Source of the DNA: Azolla caroliniana
Taxonomy: Eukaryota; Plantae; Polypodiophyta
Direction of reading: 5' to 3'
NCBI GenBank assembly: GCA_043228905.1
Contig: JBHGNT010000007.1
Location: 2,046,001-2,110,000 of the forward strand
Length of the DNA: 64,000 bases
In this document: positions 50,301 to 63,052 of the stretch, piece by piece
How positions within the stretch are numbered: position 1 is the first letter of the stretch
How the letters are laid out: each line of letters starts with the position of its first letter
Notes under the pieces: generated by a model
What the model saw: the letters and a program-made list of their open reading frames with translations, nothing else
The model's database searches: none
Told to the model about the DNA's origin: nothing
Program-made: the position numbers and the translations under genes

Positions 50301-52826
50301 CCCGCGATGGATCGAAGCAATGAATGAGGAAATACAGGCACTACAGAAGAACGAGACGTGGGATCTCGTTCCCACCTCACCACACAAAAAGGCGATTGGA
50401 TGCAGATGGATCTACAAGGTGAAGTATAATGCCGATGGGTCTGTAAACCGCTACAAAGCTCAACTCGTAGCGAAAGGATACGCTCAGACGCATGGCGTCG
50501 ACTACGAAGAGACCTTTGCCCCGGTGGCAAAGATGACGACGGTGCGGACCGTAATTGCGCTTGCCGCGGCGAAAGGGTGGCACCTCCATCAAATGGACGT
50601 CAAGAACGCCTTTCTACAAGGCGAATTAGAAGAGGAGGTGTACATGATACAACCACCCGGCTTCAACTCAAGCACCCATCCGAAAGCTGTATGCCGACTC
50701 AAGAAGCCCCTCTACGGCCTCAAGCAAGCATTGCGTGCTTGGCATTCGAAGATAACGCAATATCTTCATCAAATCGGCTTCCGTATGTCAAAATCGGACA
50801 ACTCCCTCTACATACGAAGCGATTCCGCAAGTCCGGTCGTCATCATTTTATATGTGGATGACCTAGTCATTGGAGATGAGCATCTCGTCGAAATCAATAC
50901 AATCAAATCCCTCCTTTCCGACAAGTTCGAGATGACGGACATGAAGGAGCTCCACTACTTCCTCGGCATCGAGGTAATTCGGACTCCGGCCGGAATCATG
51001 ATCTCTGAACGGCACTACATCCTCAACTTGTTATACAAGTTCGGGATGGTTGAGTGCAAATCTGCGACAACCCCGCTCGATCGCAATCTCAAACTCGATG
51101 CGAACTCCGACACCAAAGCGTCTGAGCCGACTCAGTATCGGCAACTCATCGGGAGTCTCATCTACCTCACGATCACACGACCCGATCTCAGTTATCCGGT
51201 CGGTCTCCTTAGCCAATTCATGCAAACACCGCGCGATACTCACTTCGATTGTGCTAAGCGAGTTCTACGATACGTGAGCGGCACAATGGATTGCGACATC
51301 CTCTACAAGACCGCGATGCCAATACAACTTGAGGGGTACACAGACTCCGATTGGGCCGGTTACAAAGCCGATAAAAGATCAACCTCCGTATTTGTTTTCT
51401 CCCTCGGCAGCGGAGCAATATCCTGGAGTAGCAAGAAGTAACCTACCGTCGCTCTTTTGAGTACAGAGGCGGAATACAAGGGCGCAACCGTAGCTGCGTG
51501 TGAAGCCGTATGGCTTAAGAGGATTTTGAAGGATTTGGGCGTACCCATCAAGCATCTGACTTCCCTTTACTGCGACAACATGAGCAATATCTATCTGGCT
51601 CGGAACCCGGTGTTCCACGTGCGGACAAAGCACATTGAAGTGCACTATCACTTCATCCGAGAGCGCGTTCTAGCTGGTGATGTCGACCCACAACACATTA
51701 GCACAAATCTTCAAACCACCGACATCTTCAGTAAAGCCTTAGGAACCGACAAGCTGTGGCAATTCATGACCGATCTCGGATTGATGATTCCTGACCTGCC
51801 AAGCTTGAGGGGGAGTACTAAAGACACTACGCAATAACGCGCAAAGCCGCGAAGAAAGATGCAAGCTGAAGCACAGACTTCGTAACTACACACAACCTGG
51901 AGCACGGATCCCGTAACTCCGCATAATTGCGAATCGACGTGAGTCAACGCGGATTCCTGAACACAAGTCGAAGCGTATTTTTGGATACCGTCTGAAACCA
52001 ACCACCCGACTTGAGCTTGAGGGGGCGTGTTGAGAATCAAGTTCAACTTGGTCTAGTGTGTGAACTCACCTTGAGAGTGAATAGACACTCCAATGGTCAA
52101 GAGTCACCATTAAGTCACCACTTTGTATTCTAGCATTTAGTATGAGTCATAGAATCATATTCTATGACACATAACTTATGAGCTTTCACATTCCTCATGC
52201 TCCATGAGTCTTGTAGTTAATGAAGAGAGAGGGTGACTATATAAAGCACCCTCCTCCCACCTTGTATAGTGTTGAGTCTTTCTCCTTTGTTAATATACTT
52301 AACCTTGGTCTAGTGTGTGAACTCACCTTGAGAGTGAATAGACACTCCAATGGTCAAGAGTCACCATTAAGTCACCACTTTGTATTCTAGCATTTAGTAT
52401 GAGTCATAGAATCATATTCTATGACACATAACTTATGAGCTTTCACATTCCTCATGCTCCATGAGTCTTGTAGTTAATGAAGAGAGAGGGTGACTATATA
52501 AAGCACCCTCCTCCCACCTTGTATAGTGTTGAGTCTTTCTCCTTTGTTAATATACTTAACCTTGCGTATACTCTGTGTGTGTGTGTGTGTGTCTCTCTCT
52601 CTCTCTCTATCTCATACACACGCATACACATAGTTCACACCTATTCCGCTTCACAAGAATCCATCTCTTGATTCTTTACTTAAGGGAACGTTAACTACAC
52701 CGCCTAGAAGCCATGGCTAGGGCACTCTCTACATTAGAACCACGGGTCAAACCCACATCAAAACACTTTGACCCCCCACTTCTTTTCGAGAGGCTTGGGT
52801 GGAAATAAAATTAGGCTTAGTGTATA
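45482..52826 (+). mobile_element. 5'-truncated LINE (copy 2), interrupted by copia D at 46956-52680
   Basis: RT YAD(G)..YL to C-terminus 45482-46955, resumes at 52686 to ..FERLGWK* at ~52808; 3'UTR match to copy 3 stops at ~52826. Confidence 0.93.
46956..52680 (+). mobile_element. Full-length Ty1/copia element D (C/D family), decayed ORF
   Basis: TSD TAAGG 46951-46955 / 52681-52685; 5'LTR 46956-47359; PBS TGGTATTAGAGC 47360-47371; gag CGYCGKLGHHEEEC, protease VDSGAS, integrase, RT YVDD, RNaseH; PPT 52019-52027; 3'LTR 52028-52680. Confidence 0.97.
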
Positions 52827-53164
52827 AAGTACCCTGCTAGTGGAACAAATCATAAACAATCATAGATAGAAGAAACATTCCTAGTACTCAAGGGTACTCT
52901 GTCATGTATGAATGAATATCTGTGGAGTAGCACACTATTGCCCATAAATTGAGGAAAATAATAAGCAAAATAAAATAAAATAAAATAAAATATATTAATA
53001 TGTAGTTCTTATGAAATCGGTTTCCTTCATGAGAAGGAAACCGTAAGCCTATTGGTGGTGGTCTTATAAAGCCACCACCAACGTTGTATTCATTGTAAGG
53101 GGCATTATAATAATAATAAAACGCTTTCTCTGTTTCCCTCATCTCTCTCTCTCTCTCTCTCTCT

Positions 53165-55520
53165 CTTGCGGAGGGTTTTCCACCACAGTGGAGTATGAAT
53201 ACAGTGACCCCCACACATAAAGGGGGGGACCCCATGGACCCAAATACATATAGGACCATTATGATAGGCCATACCCTTGCTAAGTTATATGGTGCAGTAA
53301 TGGAAGCAGAGCTTAGCGACTACATGGAGACCCTAAACCTTCGTGCACCTGAACAAGCTGGCTTTAGACGAGCCTTCTCCACTATTGATCACATCTTCAC
53401 ACTTAGATGCCTAATTGACCAAACTAGGGCTCGCAAGAAGAGATTATATTGTTGTTTTGTGAACTTCCGCAAAGCCTTTGACACAGTCCCTAGAGATCGG
53501 TTGTCTGATAGACTTAAAAGCTTGAGGATACCAGATGATATGGTATGGGCCATCTACGCACTATATGAACAAGTGTCCGGGTGTGTCCGATGCCCAGGTG
53601 GCCTATCCAATCGTTTCACTAGCACTATTGGTGTAAAACAAGGTTGCCCCCTATCACCGACGCTTTTTGGGATCTACATTGATGAGATCACAGATTTTAT
53701 TGCTCGTGAGGGAGGCACCGGAGTGGTCCTTGGGGATACGCAGGTTCGTATCTTGCTCTATGCGGATGACATAGTTTTGCTCTCTGAATCCGAACACGAC
53801 CTACAGAGGCACCTCAATGCCTTAGATGACTTTTGTGTACAACGAGGATTGGTAGTGAATCTAGGGAAAACGAAAGTCCTTATCTTCCACACATCGGCCC
53901 AAGTTAGAGCTAAGTGTCACCTAACTATCTCCCATAGCCCAGTCGAGGTGGTTGGATCGTACGTATATCTCGGAGTCACTTTTAGTGCCCGCTCAGGTAA
54001 ATTTTCGATGACACAAGCAGCGAAGGATAGACTCACGAGAGGACATGCATCCCTCTCACTCCTAGAGAGACAATGCCACCAAGCACACTTTCAAGACCCA
54101 CGGACTAAAGGGTGGCTCTTTGACTCATTAGTGACCCCCTCCCTCATGTATGCATCAGCGGTTTGGGCTCCAGGATTACCATCCTTCATGTGGACGCAAT
54201 TAGAAAGACCATTGGTGATGATGCTATCACGCCAACTCCGAAGCAAATCGACTGTACCACATGACATTATTAGGGCCGAGTTCACGTTACCCCCAATGCT
54301 AGTAGAGGCACTTTTTCAACTTGTAGTCTTTATTGATAGGATACATAGCCAACCACATGATAGAATATCTCATCAAGCCTTTAAGGCCTCTCGATCATTG
54401 TATGAGTCCGGCTATACTAGCTCATGGTATGGCATGATGGTGACTTGGCTTCTTGCGAATGGTCTAGACATTAATAACCTACCTCCCCTTAGGTACAACC
54501 ACACGAGTGATAACACCTTAATCTCTCATGAGAACCGCAATAAAGTAATACGCCAAGAAATATGGCAAATTTACACTCGGTGTAAATGGATCACCCCACT
54601 AGAGCCACTCCCATCTAAAATGTCGTACTATAAGAAACACTTCATGCACTTCTCTGAGTTAGGTTTTATCACACGGCCAAAATATCTAGATGTATTCTTA
54701 CCACATGCACTAAGGGTTGCCATTGGACAACTTAGAATATCGTCTCACCAACTTGAGATTGAAAATGGCCGTACTAGTGGAGTCCCTAGGGAGGAAAGGA
54801 TATGTAGGTTATGTCACATAGAGATAGAGGATGAGTACCACTTTACATGCAAGTGTCCAACCTATGCCGAGATAAGGGCAAAATACCAAGACATACTTGG
54901 TCCGTCTCCCACCCTCCCCAAACTATTAGATACTCTAGATATAAAGAAATTAGGCAAATACATTCTAGAGCTAAAACAACACAGAAAGAATAAATTACAA
55001 AATGTTGACAATAATGTTGCTAATGATCACGAATATGTAACAAATGCAGTTTTTCAGGAACCTGAGGAGACAACGAATGCCGACACACTTACACCACTCG
55101 GCCTTTCCATTGATGAGGCAGAAAACCAGAGAAGAACCAGACGTCCTCGGGTGCCGGGTTTCAAAACAACTCAACGTGATGTGGAAGCAATATTGAAAAT
55201 AAGGGAACGTGAGCTACACCGCCTAGAAGCCATGGCTAGGGCACTCTCTACATTGGAACCCACATCAAGACCCTTTGACCCCCCACTTCTTTTCGAGAGG
55301 CTTGGGTGGAAATAAAATTAGGCTTAGTGTATAGTCACTTTCGAGTATACTACATATTGTACACTACTAGAACTCTTTTAGTTTAAGTTCTATTTTTTTT
55401 ACTTAATTTTATTTTTAGTTATGATGACTGGATAAACACTCTATTGTTGTAAACCAATTGTCTCATGGGCCAAATTTGGCCTTAGAAGACGTTAATACAT
55501 CTTTCTTTCTTTCTTTCTTT
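53165..55520 (+). mobile_element. 5'-truncated LINE (copy 3) with open RT-to-C-terminus frame (ends 55315) and (CTTT)n tail
   Basis: 706-aa ORF highly similar to copy 1 ORF2; same 3'-terminal motif; inserted in a (CT)n tract. Confidence 0.95.
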
Positions 55521-55727
55521 CTCTCTCTCTATTTCTTTCTCTCTCTCTTTCTCTTCTTTCCCAACATGGTATCAGAGCCAAACGACCTAATAGCCTTATA
55601 GCCAATGCCTTTCTAAAAATTACAAAACACGTGCCCTATAAATTATATTCATAGTGTTCAAGATCGTCAAATAACGAACGACAATTTTATGTTTGCCGTG
55701 CGCTGATCCGGACAGCCCTCTGCAATA

Positions 55728-56585
55728 ATGGCGCAATCTATGTCGTCGTCGCAACTCAACATGCGAAAATTCAGAATCGAAAAATTATCGGACACAAATT
55801 ATCGAATTTGGAAGGCAAGATTAGAATTACTTTTTAAATATAATAAAGTATGGGACATAATTTCAGGATCGTCGACAAAACCTGAAAAAGGCGAAGAACT
55901 TGAAGAATATGAAGAAAAAGATTTGTGTGCAAGAATGGAAATTCTAATGCACGTAAGTGATGGCACCGGAGAAACATTGCGAAAAATGGAGACGGCTCAT
56001 GAAATGTGGAAGCACTTACAAACTATCTACAAGCCGAAAAATGATGCCCAACAAGCGCATACACTTCAAGCGCTTGTTAATTACAAAATGAATGACGAAC
56101 AACCGGTTGGTGAATTTCTATTAATATGGCAAAAGAAATTAGATGATGTGTTAACTTCGGGATTAGAAATCCATGATAAATTACAAAAGATTCTCCTCCT
56201 TGGTGCTCTTCCTCACTCGTGGTCCACTTTTAGAACCACCCAAAACTCTATAAATTGTCCAACGCTAATCGATCTTCTTACAAACATTAGACAGGAGGAA
56301 ACAATGCGTTCACAAAGGTCTTCAAATTCAACTCCAAGTATGGCAATGGTAGCATACAAGAACAAAAGGTTCACCCAAAGAGGAGAAAGCTCGAAGCCGT
56401 GGATAAAGAAAGATCAAAACACTAAACAAGGAGAAATGCGGTTCAACAATACCTATTGTAAAATATGCAAACGTACAAATCATGCAACCAAAGATTGTCG
56501 CGCAAACTCAAATTTCAAGAGTTATCAACCATGGAAGCGTGTACAAGCCCATCTTGTTGAAGAAGAGATGGATGATGATGGATGA
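55728..56585 (+). CDS. Copia gag (retrotransposon gag domain + CCHC zinc knuckle) of element F
   Basis: IEKLSDTNYRIWK, LLGALPHSWSTF, CKICKRTNHATKDC. Confidence 0.88.
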   Translation: MAQSMSSSQLNMRKFRIEKLSDTNYRIWKARLELLFKYNKVWDIISGSSTKPEKGEELEEYEEKDLCARMEILMHVSDGTGETLRKMETAHEMWKHLQTIYKPKNDAQQAHTLQALVNYKMNDEQPVGEFLLIWQKKLDDVLTSGLEIHDKLQKILLLGALPHSWSTFRTTQNSINCPTLIDLLTNIRQEETMRSQRSSNSTPSMAMVAYKNKRFTQRGESSKPWIKKDQNTKQGEMRFNNTYCKICKRTNHATKDCRANSNFKSYQPWKRVQAHLVEEEMDDDG

Positions 56586-56753
56586 TGAAAAAGTCATAGG
56601 AGATAGATGCCAAACGACCTAATAGCCTTATAGCCAATGCCTTTCTAATAAAATTATTATATTATTAAACGTCAACTTACTAAAAGCCTACAACATTATA
56701 ATTTTTAAATGTTGAATTCCCTGTTGCCAAAAGTTAAAACGACCACTCATGGA

Positions 56754-56796
<43 letters not shown>

Positions 56797-56853
56797 GTTT
56801 GTGTTTACTATATAAGCAAGCAGTGGGGTGATGATGATTTCCCATCGTCGAAG

Positions 56854-57557
56854 ATGGATCTCTTTGCGCTCAAGCGTCTCTGTGTCTCCATCGTCATGCT
56901 GCTGGTAATCCCTTTGGTTTCATTTCACTATAACTATCCAAAATCATTCTTTAATGGCGTCTTTCATCATGATGAACATAGGGATAAGTCCAGTTCTTCT
57001 TAATCTGATGAGCAGATGCGTCATATAATTACAGATTTTATGCAATATAAATCCTAAACCTTAGATGTTCTTATTATTGATAATGATAGACCTCAATTAT
57101 AATGGGCACTGTCAATGCCGGTATTCTCCGCTCCGTGATCACGCTGTGCATCCCAGAGCTGAGAGACTTGGGGGATGTTGCAGGCTATACTTCCTTCGAG
57201 TTGCTGGCGGGATTGTTATGTAGCATTGCGTCCCTCATCTGCAATTTCAATACCGCCAAGAAGTGTTGCTATGTTATCTGCGTGAACAGCTCACGGTTCG
57301 GGAATGACCGTCGAGGTGTGAACATGGCCATTTCCCGGGCTGCCCAGTTCTGGTGGGTTGGGCTAATAGCCTTCACTGCCTCCTGGCCTATGTACTTGTG
57401 GTTCTTATTTGGTCCTATCCCAGCCATACTCTTATTGACCTATTTCATTCTCAGCGGACTCTGCAGCCATTTCATTGGCACCCAGAGAGAGATCCAGGAA
57501 GACAACCAATATAATAATCACCGTCCACAATCCCAATTACTCACGCATGTACTCTGA
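56854..57557 (+). pseudogene. Highly diverged DUF599-like gene or pseudogene
   Basis: AISRAAQFWWVGLIAFTASWPMYLWFLFGPIP aligns to AMSRGAQFWSLGLRAFYLSFPMFLW-LFGPIP of copy B; hydrophobic upstream ORF from 56854; no clean frame-preserving splice found. Confidence 0.65.
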
Positions 57558-60510
57558 AAGGCCGGCTTCTGCCAAAAAGAGGTTTTGATTAGCTATCCTT
57601 GGAATGTTTATAACTATTTCGAGATTCCCATTGGAATTTCTGGTTGTATATATATATATGAGTTTGTTGTATAATATAACTTGTGTCTCTACTCAATGCA
57701 TTCCAGCTTTCTCTGTATATTATGCTTACATGAGTTTCCATATGTTTCCACTGATTCAGAGGTTTAAGCCAAGATAGATAAGATGCTAGGAATATAGAAT
57801 TAATTTTGTGTATGGAGGACGCTTGGTAATGGTGGAACCTTAGGGTGACATAGCGATTCAACTTTGGTTTGGATTATAATAGGTGCTTCTTATTGACCCC
57901 AAAGCTGAACCTACCTCACCTTAATATATAACTTGTGTGTCTCAAACCTATGTTTTCTTTGGTTACAGAAAATGTGTTAATTCCCAACTATACTTATATT
58001 AATCTTCTCACAAAAACAACAACAAATCTGCCACTTTGATCGGTACTACGGGATACCAAGGATGGAACAAATAATGAACGATCATGGCAGATAGAAGGAA
58101 CAAGAGAACCCCAACTACTGAAACACACGGATACTTGTGTATGAACCCCAGATCTGTGGAGTATTCCATCGACCATAAGTATCTGTGTAATGTAATTACA
58201 CCATGATAGCTATGCGTGCAGATACCTCTGCCTTGATCTTTGAATCGTAGGGATTGATTGGTGTAAAATAGTTTCAGGGGATTAAGCTATAACGCACCAG
58301 GTTTACCTGTAATAATCATCTCATGTCTCTGCATCAGAGCAATTGGCACTCTCTTGATATTCCGTTTGACTTGCAGTCGCATTTGGCTGTGGATTCATAT
58401 AAATAGCTCATTAAAACTGTTAAACCTTATCATTAGCACCCTTACTTAAGCTAAAGATCAAGCCACGAGGGAGGCCAAATACAACTCCCAGCTCCCAAAT
58501 GCCAAGTCCTTTGGACATTTAAATGAAGGATTGATTGGTAGATTCGTGAAAATCCACCTCAAATCTTGGCTATAGTTTTACCAAAATGAGAATGAGCAAC
58601 AACTACTTGTGGTTCTTAAGTCCATTATCAGGGATGTGTCACGCCATTTCTTTGGTAACATGGAGGCCCATCTAGACAAGCAACATATACATAATTGATT
58701 ACCGTCCACAGTCCAAATAACTCTGACAGTGCATCTGACAGCAGATCTCCATTGTCTGTGCATACAAATACAGAGTACCTGCTAGATAGAAGAAACAAGA
58801 ACCCTAGCTACTAAATCCCACAGTTACGGTATTCGGTCCTGAATCACCAGATCTTTCCATTGCCCATAAATATCATACTAATCACTCATTTCATGTCCAA
58901 GCCATAAAGAGATGTAGGTCCAGAGTCCAAACCACAGCTATGCATGCACAGTAATACCTCTGGCGTGATGACTAACTATGTAATACCTCTGGCTTCGTCA
59001 ATGATTGCATGATCTGTGAATCTGAGGTATTGATTGACGTCAAATAACTCGGGGAAGTTAAGATGTAATTAGTCACATGTACCTGTAATTGCTTGATTAT
59101 AGGGAGTGAACAAAAATCAAGTGTCTCTGCATGATCGCAATGGCTGCGCCTCTCTTCCTTCATATGCCATGCCATTTCACTGGCGCTTGCATTAATTTTA
59201 GTGCTCCATCTCTGGATTTAGTATAGCATACTTTAGAATTGGGATCTGTGTATGTATACATACCCTCGAAAAAACAGAAATCTGTGGTTAGATCCAAGAA
59301 ATTTCGTCGGGGGATAGAAGAAGTGCAGCATCAGATCCTCTCTTATCTTCTTCTGATCATGGATTGATTGATCCTTTGAGTTGACCTTGTCCATTGATTG
59401 GTGTATCGATTTGATTTGTCCGCCCGCCCAAGTGTGAAACCGAGATGCCTCCCCACTCTCGTTCTCTCCACTCTTCCGAATGACTCACGATTAGGCTTCG
59501 TTTCCTTTTGTGACATTCATTAACGAGAAAGTGTGGGACAACACCCAGAAGAAGAAGGACATGGTACATTCGCTGGATAAAACCCAATTTGGCACCAAAG
59601 CCGATTATTGTGGGGTAACGGACTCATGGGCAATTGGAGGAAATCCCTCTCTCCTAGATACCAAGTGTATGGAAAGACCCTAAATTGACTAGATACATAG
59701 TTGTGAAAGTACTCCATGATGATCCGACACAACCCTTAAACGCTTTTATTTGTACGCTGAAGCTGAAGATCAAACAACAAGGGAGGCTCGAGATGGGTTG
59801 ACACCCTAGCTCCCTACTTGGGCCTTCATGCACTATGATTCCCAACTCCCCTAAATGCCAAGTCCTTGACCTTGTAGAAGCCTTAGGAGGGATAGTGAAG
59901 GTAGTAGAAAGGGGCATACACAAGAAAGGTCTTGCAAATTGATGTGTTGCAATGCATCGCATGGTGACGTGCCTAATAAAGGCATCGTTTAGTTATGCCT
60001 TTTTCTTTTTTTCTTTCAAAATGTAACAAAAAGGGGATGCATAATCCCCATTTTCAAATATTGACCCTTCTTCTCAGCATCGAATAAGAGCAAATGTTGT
60101 GACTTCCAGCAACAAACCAACACCGAGCTTCTCTCCTCACCTATCAACGAGTACTTTTAGGGTTATTTAGTTTTGTCCACATAAAAATGTGTGTGTACAC
60201 ACACATGCATAAAAGTTAACATTCGAATCAATCGGCCTCTACATAGGATGGAACTATCGAGCTGCTTCTGGGGTTTGTATATATATCATTCACGAATCAC
60301 AACTATACAATTTTACAGTTAATGGAAGAAGTGATGGGTGTCATGCCCCTCAAAGGCCATTTTGCTTGTCAAAAACATACACATAATAGAAAGGCCTGTC
60401 ATGTGACATATAAAGTTTAAATTTCCATTTTCATGTGAAAGGCCCCCTACAAGTTATGTACATCAAATGAGATGCTAAAATTATAATTTTCATGTCATAT
60501 ATATTATATA

Positions 60511-61098
60511 TACACATTTGTATGTCACTTTTTTTTTCTTTTTTTCTTTTTTTCTTTTTTTCTTTTTTTCTTTTATTCCAAACAAAAGCTCCTTCCATTA
60601 GTTATAAAATTTTACACATTTGTATGTCACTTTGTTTTTTCTTTTTTTCCAAACAAAAGCTCCTGCCATTAGTTATAAAATTTTACACATTTGTATGTCA
60701 CTTTTTTTTTTCTTTTATTCCAAACAAAAGCTCCTGCCATTAGTTATAAAATTTTACACATTTGTATATCACTTTTTTTTTCCAAACGAAAACTCCTTCC
60801 ATTAGCTATAAAATTTTACACATTTGTATTTCACTTTTTTTTTCATTTTTTCCAAACAAAAACTCCTGCCATTAGTTATAAAATTTTACACATTTGTATG
60901 TCACTTTTTTTTTTCCAAACAAAAACTCCTTCCATTAGCTATAAAATTTTACACATTTGTATTTCACTTTTTTTTTCATTTTTTCCAAACAAAAACTCCT
61001 TCTATTAGTTATAAAATTTTACACATTTCTAGATCACTTTTTTTTTTCTTTTTTTTCCAAACAAAAACTCCTTCCATTAGTTATAAAATTTTACACAT
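60511..61098. repeat. Tandem array of ~8 units of ~60-85 bp
   Basis: Unit ttttacacatttgtatgtcac(T)n..tccaaacaaaa(g/a)ctcct(g/t)ccattag(t/c)tataaaa; length varies in the T tract. Confidence 0.95.
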
Positions 61099-62975
61099 TA
61101 GATTAGTATATACAAATCCCTGTAGGGACACGATACGTCCATCTTATGTGGATGCCCACCGACTCAATAAAGGGGGAGGACGACCATTGTTGGATGAAGG
61201 CTAGTCGTTCTCTTTCAACTCCATCGAAGTCACCCTTGAGGCCATCATATTGGCTAGTTAGAGTGGCTACTACTTGTATAATGTATTTATACTATATATA
61301 TTTTTTCCAAAAAATAGTATGGTTTTCAATAACACGTTTAAAATAATATCATCATTGTGTATTAATGGTTATTTTTAAGTTCTTTACTAATAAAATAAGT
61401 TGAAATTTAAATGAAATTTCAAACAATAACCTTAATTAAATACTTGAAGCGTGGAGAATTATCAATATATAAAGTCCATGCTTTTCTCTCAATGCATAAA
61501 GTTGGAGGATCGTTGCCCATATATAAGTTTTTAGCGTTTTTAGCTGACTATTGTCTCCCTCTCCCTCTCCTTCATGAGTCAACAAAATACAGACTACATA
61601 TCTTACATCATGCACGATTAATTCTCAACAACGCGCCTTTCCGACATAGTCTTGATGATGCTGGTAATTCCTACAAATATCTATTTTTATTTAATGGTGA
61701 TGATCAGATAGGTGTGCATGTATATAGATTAGCAGATGAAGACGCATATATATATAGATAGATAGATAGATATTGTATAAATCCTAAATCATCGATGCCT
61801 CGAATGATATCATATAACGTTCAATTCTGATGATTACTCTCAACATCTGCTCGTTCTCCGCCATGTTATTCTTTCACAACTCAACATTCAAAGACCCGGG
61901 AACTCCTCCTACCATTTTGCTATCTTGTGTCTTGTTGTCGAACTATCTGTCCATTACCTTCAATTTTGAGGTTGTGCACAATTGTCTGTGTGTAATCTTT
62001 GTCGTGAACAACATGCATCATATTGGTTCGAATGCGCTTGAGACTTACCATCAAGATGTGACCACTACCATTTCTGAAGCATTGTAGAACCAGTCTCATG
62101 GGTTGAGAGTGTTCTTGTATGTCTGGTGTTATATATATATATATATATACATACACATATGAGTTTGTAAATAATAAGAAGATTTTAGGGTGTTATATAT
62201 ATAAACCCTAAACCGGGTGTTAATTATATGCCCTTTTTCATTTATATAAATTTGCTCAAATACTGACATGTTTTTTGTTGTTAATGATGCTACGTGTATA
62301 AGTGGTTTAAGCTTGTTCTTGTCATTTATAGAACTTAAGGGGTTTAGATTTGGTTGAGTTGGGGATTTACATTTGATCAACTAGTTTGTTGTGGCAGCAG
62401 CTGTATAAAGGCTATATGCTTAGTAACTACTAGTTGTCTAAGAAGATTATTAGTATGTGTAGTATGTTATGTCCGAAATTGGTGAAAATTCACCTCGAAA
62501 CTTATCTTGGCTATCTACAAAAAAGAAAATTAACAACAACATTAGGTCGTAATAGTCAATGAAGGTAGCAGACAAGGAGATGCACAAGAAATGCGTTGCA
62601 TAATGATGTGTATTGTGATGCGTCAACATGGTGACATGCCTAACAAAGGCACCGTATAGTGATGCGTTTTTTTTCAATTTATTATTATTTTTTAGAATAT
62701 AAGAGAAAGGGGACGCATAATCCACATAAGATGGAATCATCGAGCCCCTTGTGGGGTTTGTATATAACATTCACAACTATAATATTTTATAGCTAATAGG
62801 AGTTTTTTGTTTTGGGAAAGAAAACATTGTTATAAATAAATTAGCAGTCACATATCCACAGTTATTAGAGTTTGGTTTAGGATTAGTATTAGGGCTAATT
62901 GACGATAGAAACTCACTAACATTAGGAATTCACATACCTATACACTCTAGTTAACATTCAATGAAATTAACAATT

Positions 62976-62979
<4 letters not shown>

Positions 62980-63044
<65 letters not shown>
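62980..63044. repeat. (CA)n(TA)n microsatellite
   Basis: Directly visible. Confidence 0.95.
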
Positions 63045-63052
63045 GTACATGC

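Larger units (their letters stand above)
52950..56600 (+). mobile_element. Copia element F: 5'LTR (52950-55566, split by LINE copy 3), PBS, gag; 3'-truncated
   Basis: TG start, TATA and AATAAA at 53064-53120, CCCAACA + PBS TGGTATCAGAGC 55567-55578; no pol and no 3'LTR. Confidence 0.8.

Noticed and set aside
58000-59900. Possible multi-exon minus-strand gene (several AG|GT-like sites; motif aaatgccaagtcctt at ~58497 and ~59853)
   Set aside because: Could not build a consistent reading frame or recognise a domain
60492-61204. Repeat-protein ORFs or CRISPR-like array
   Set aside because: Tandem DNA repeat with variable poly-T causing frame changes; no unique spacers
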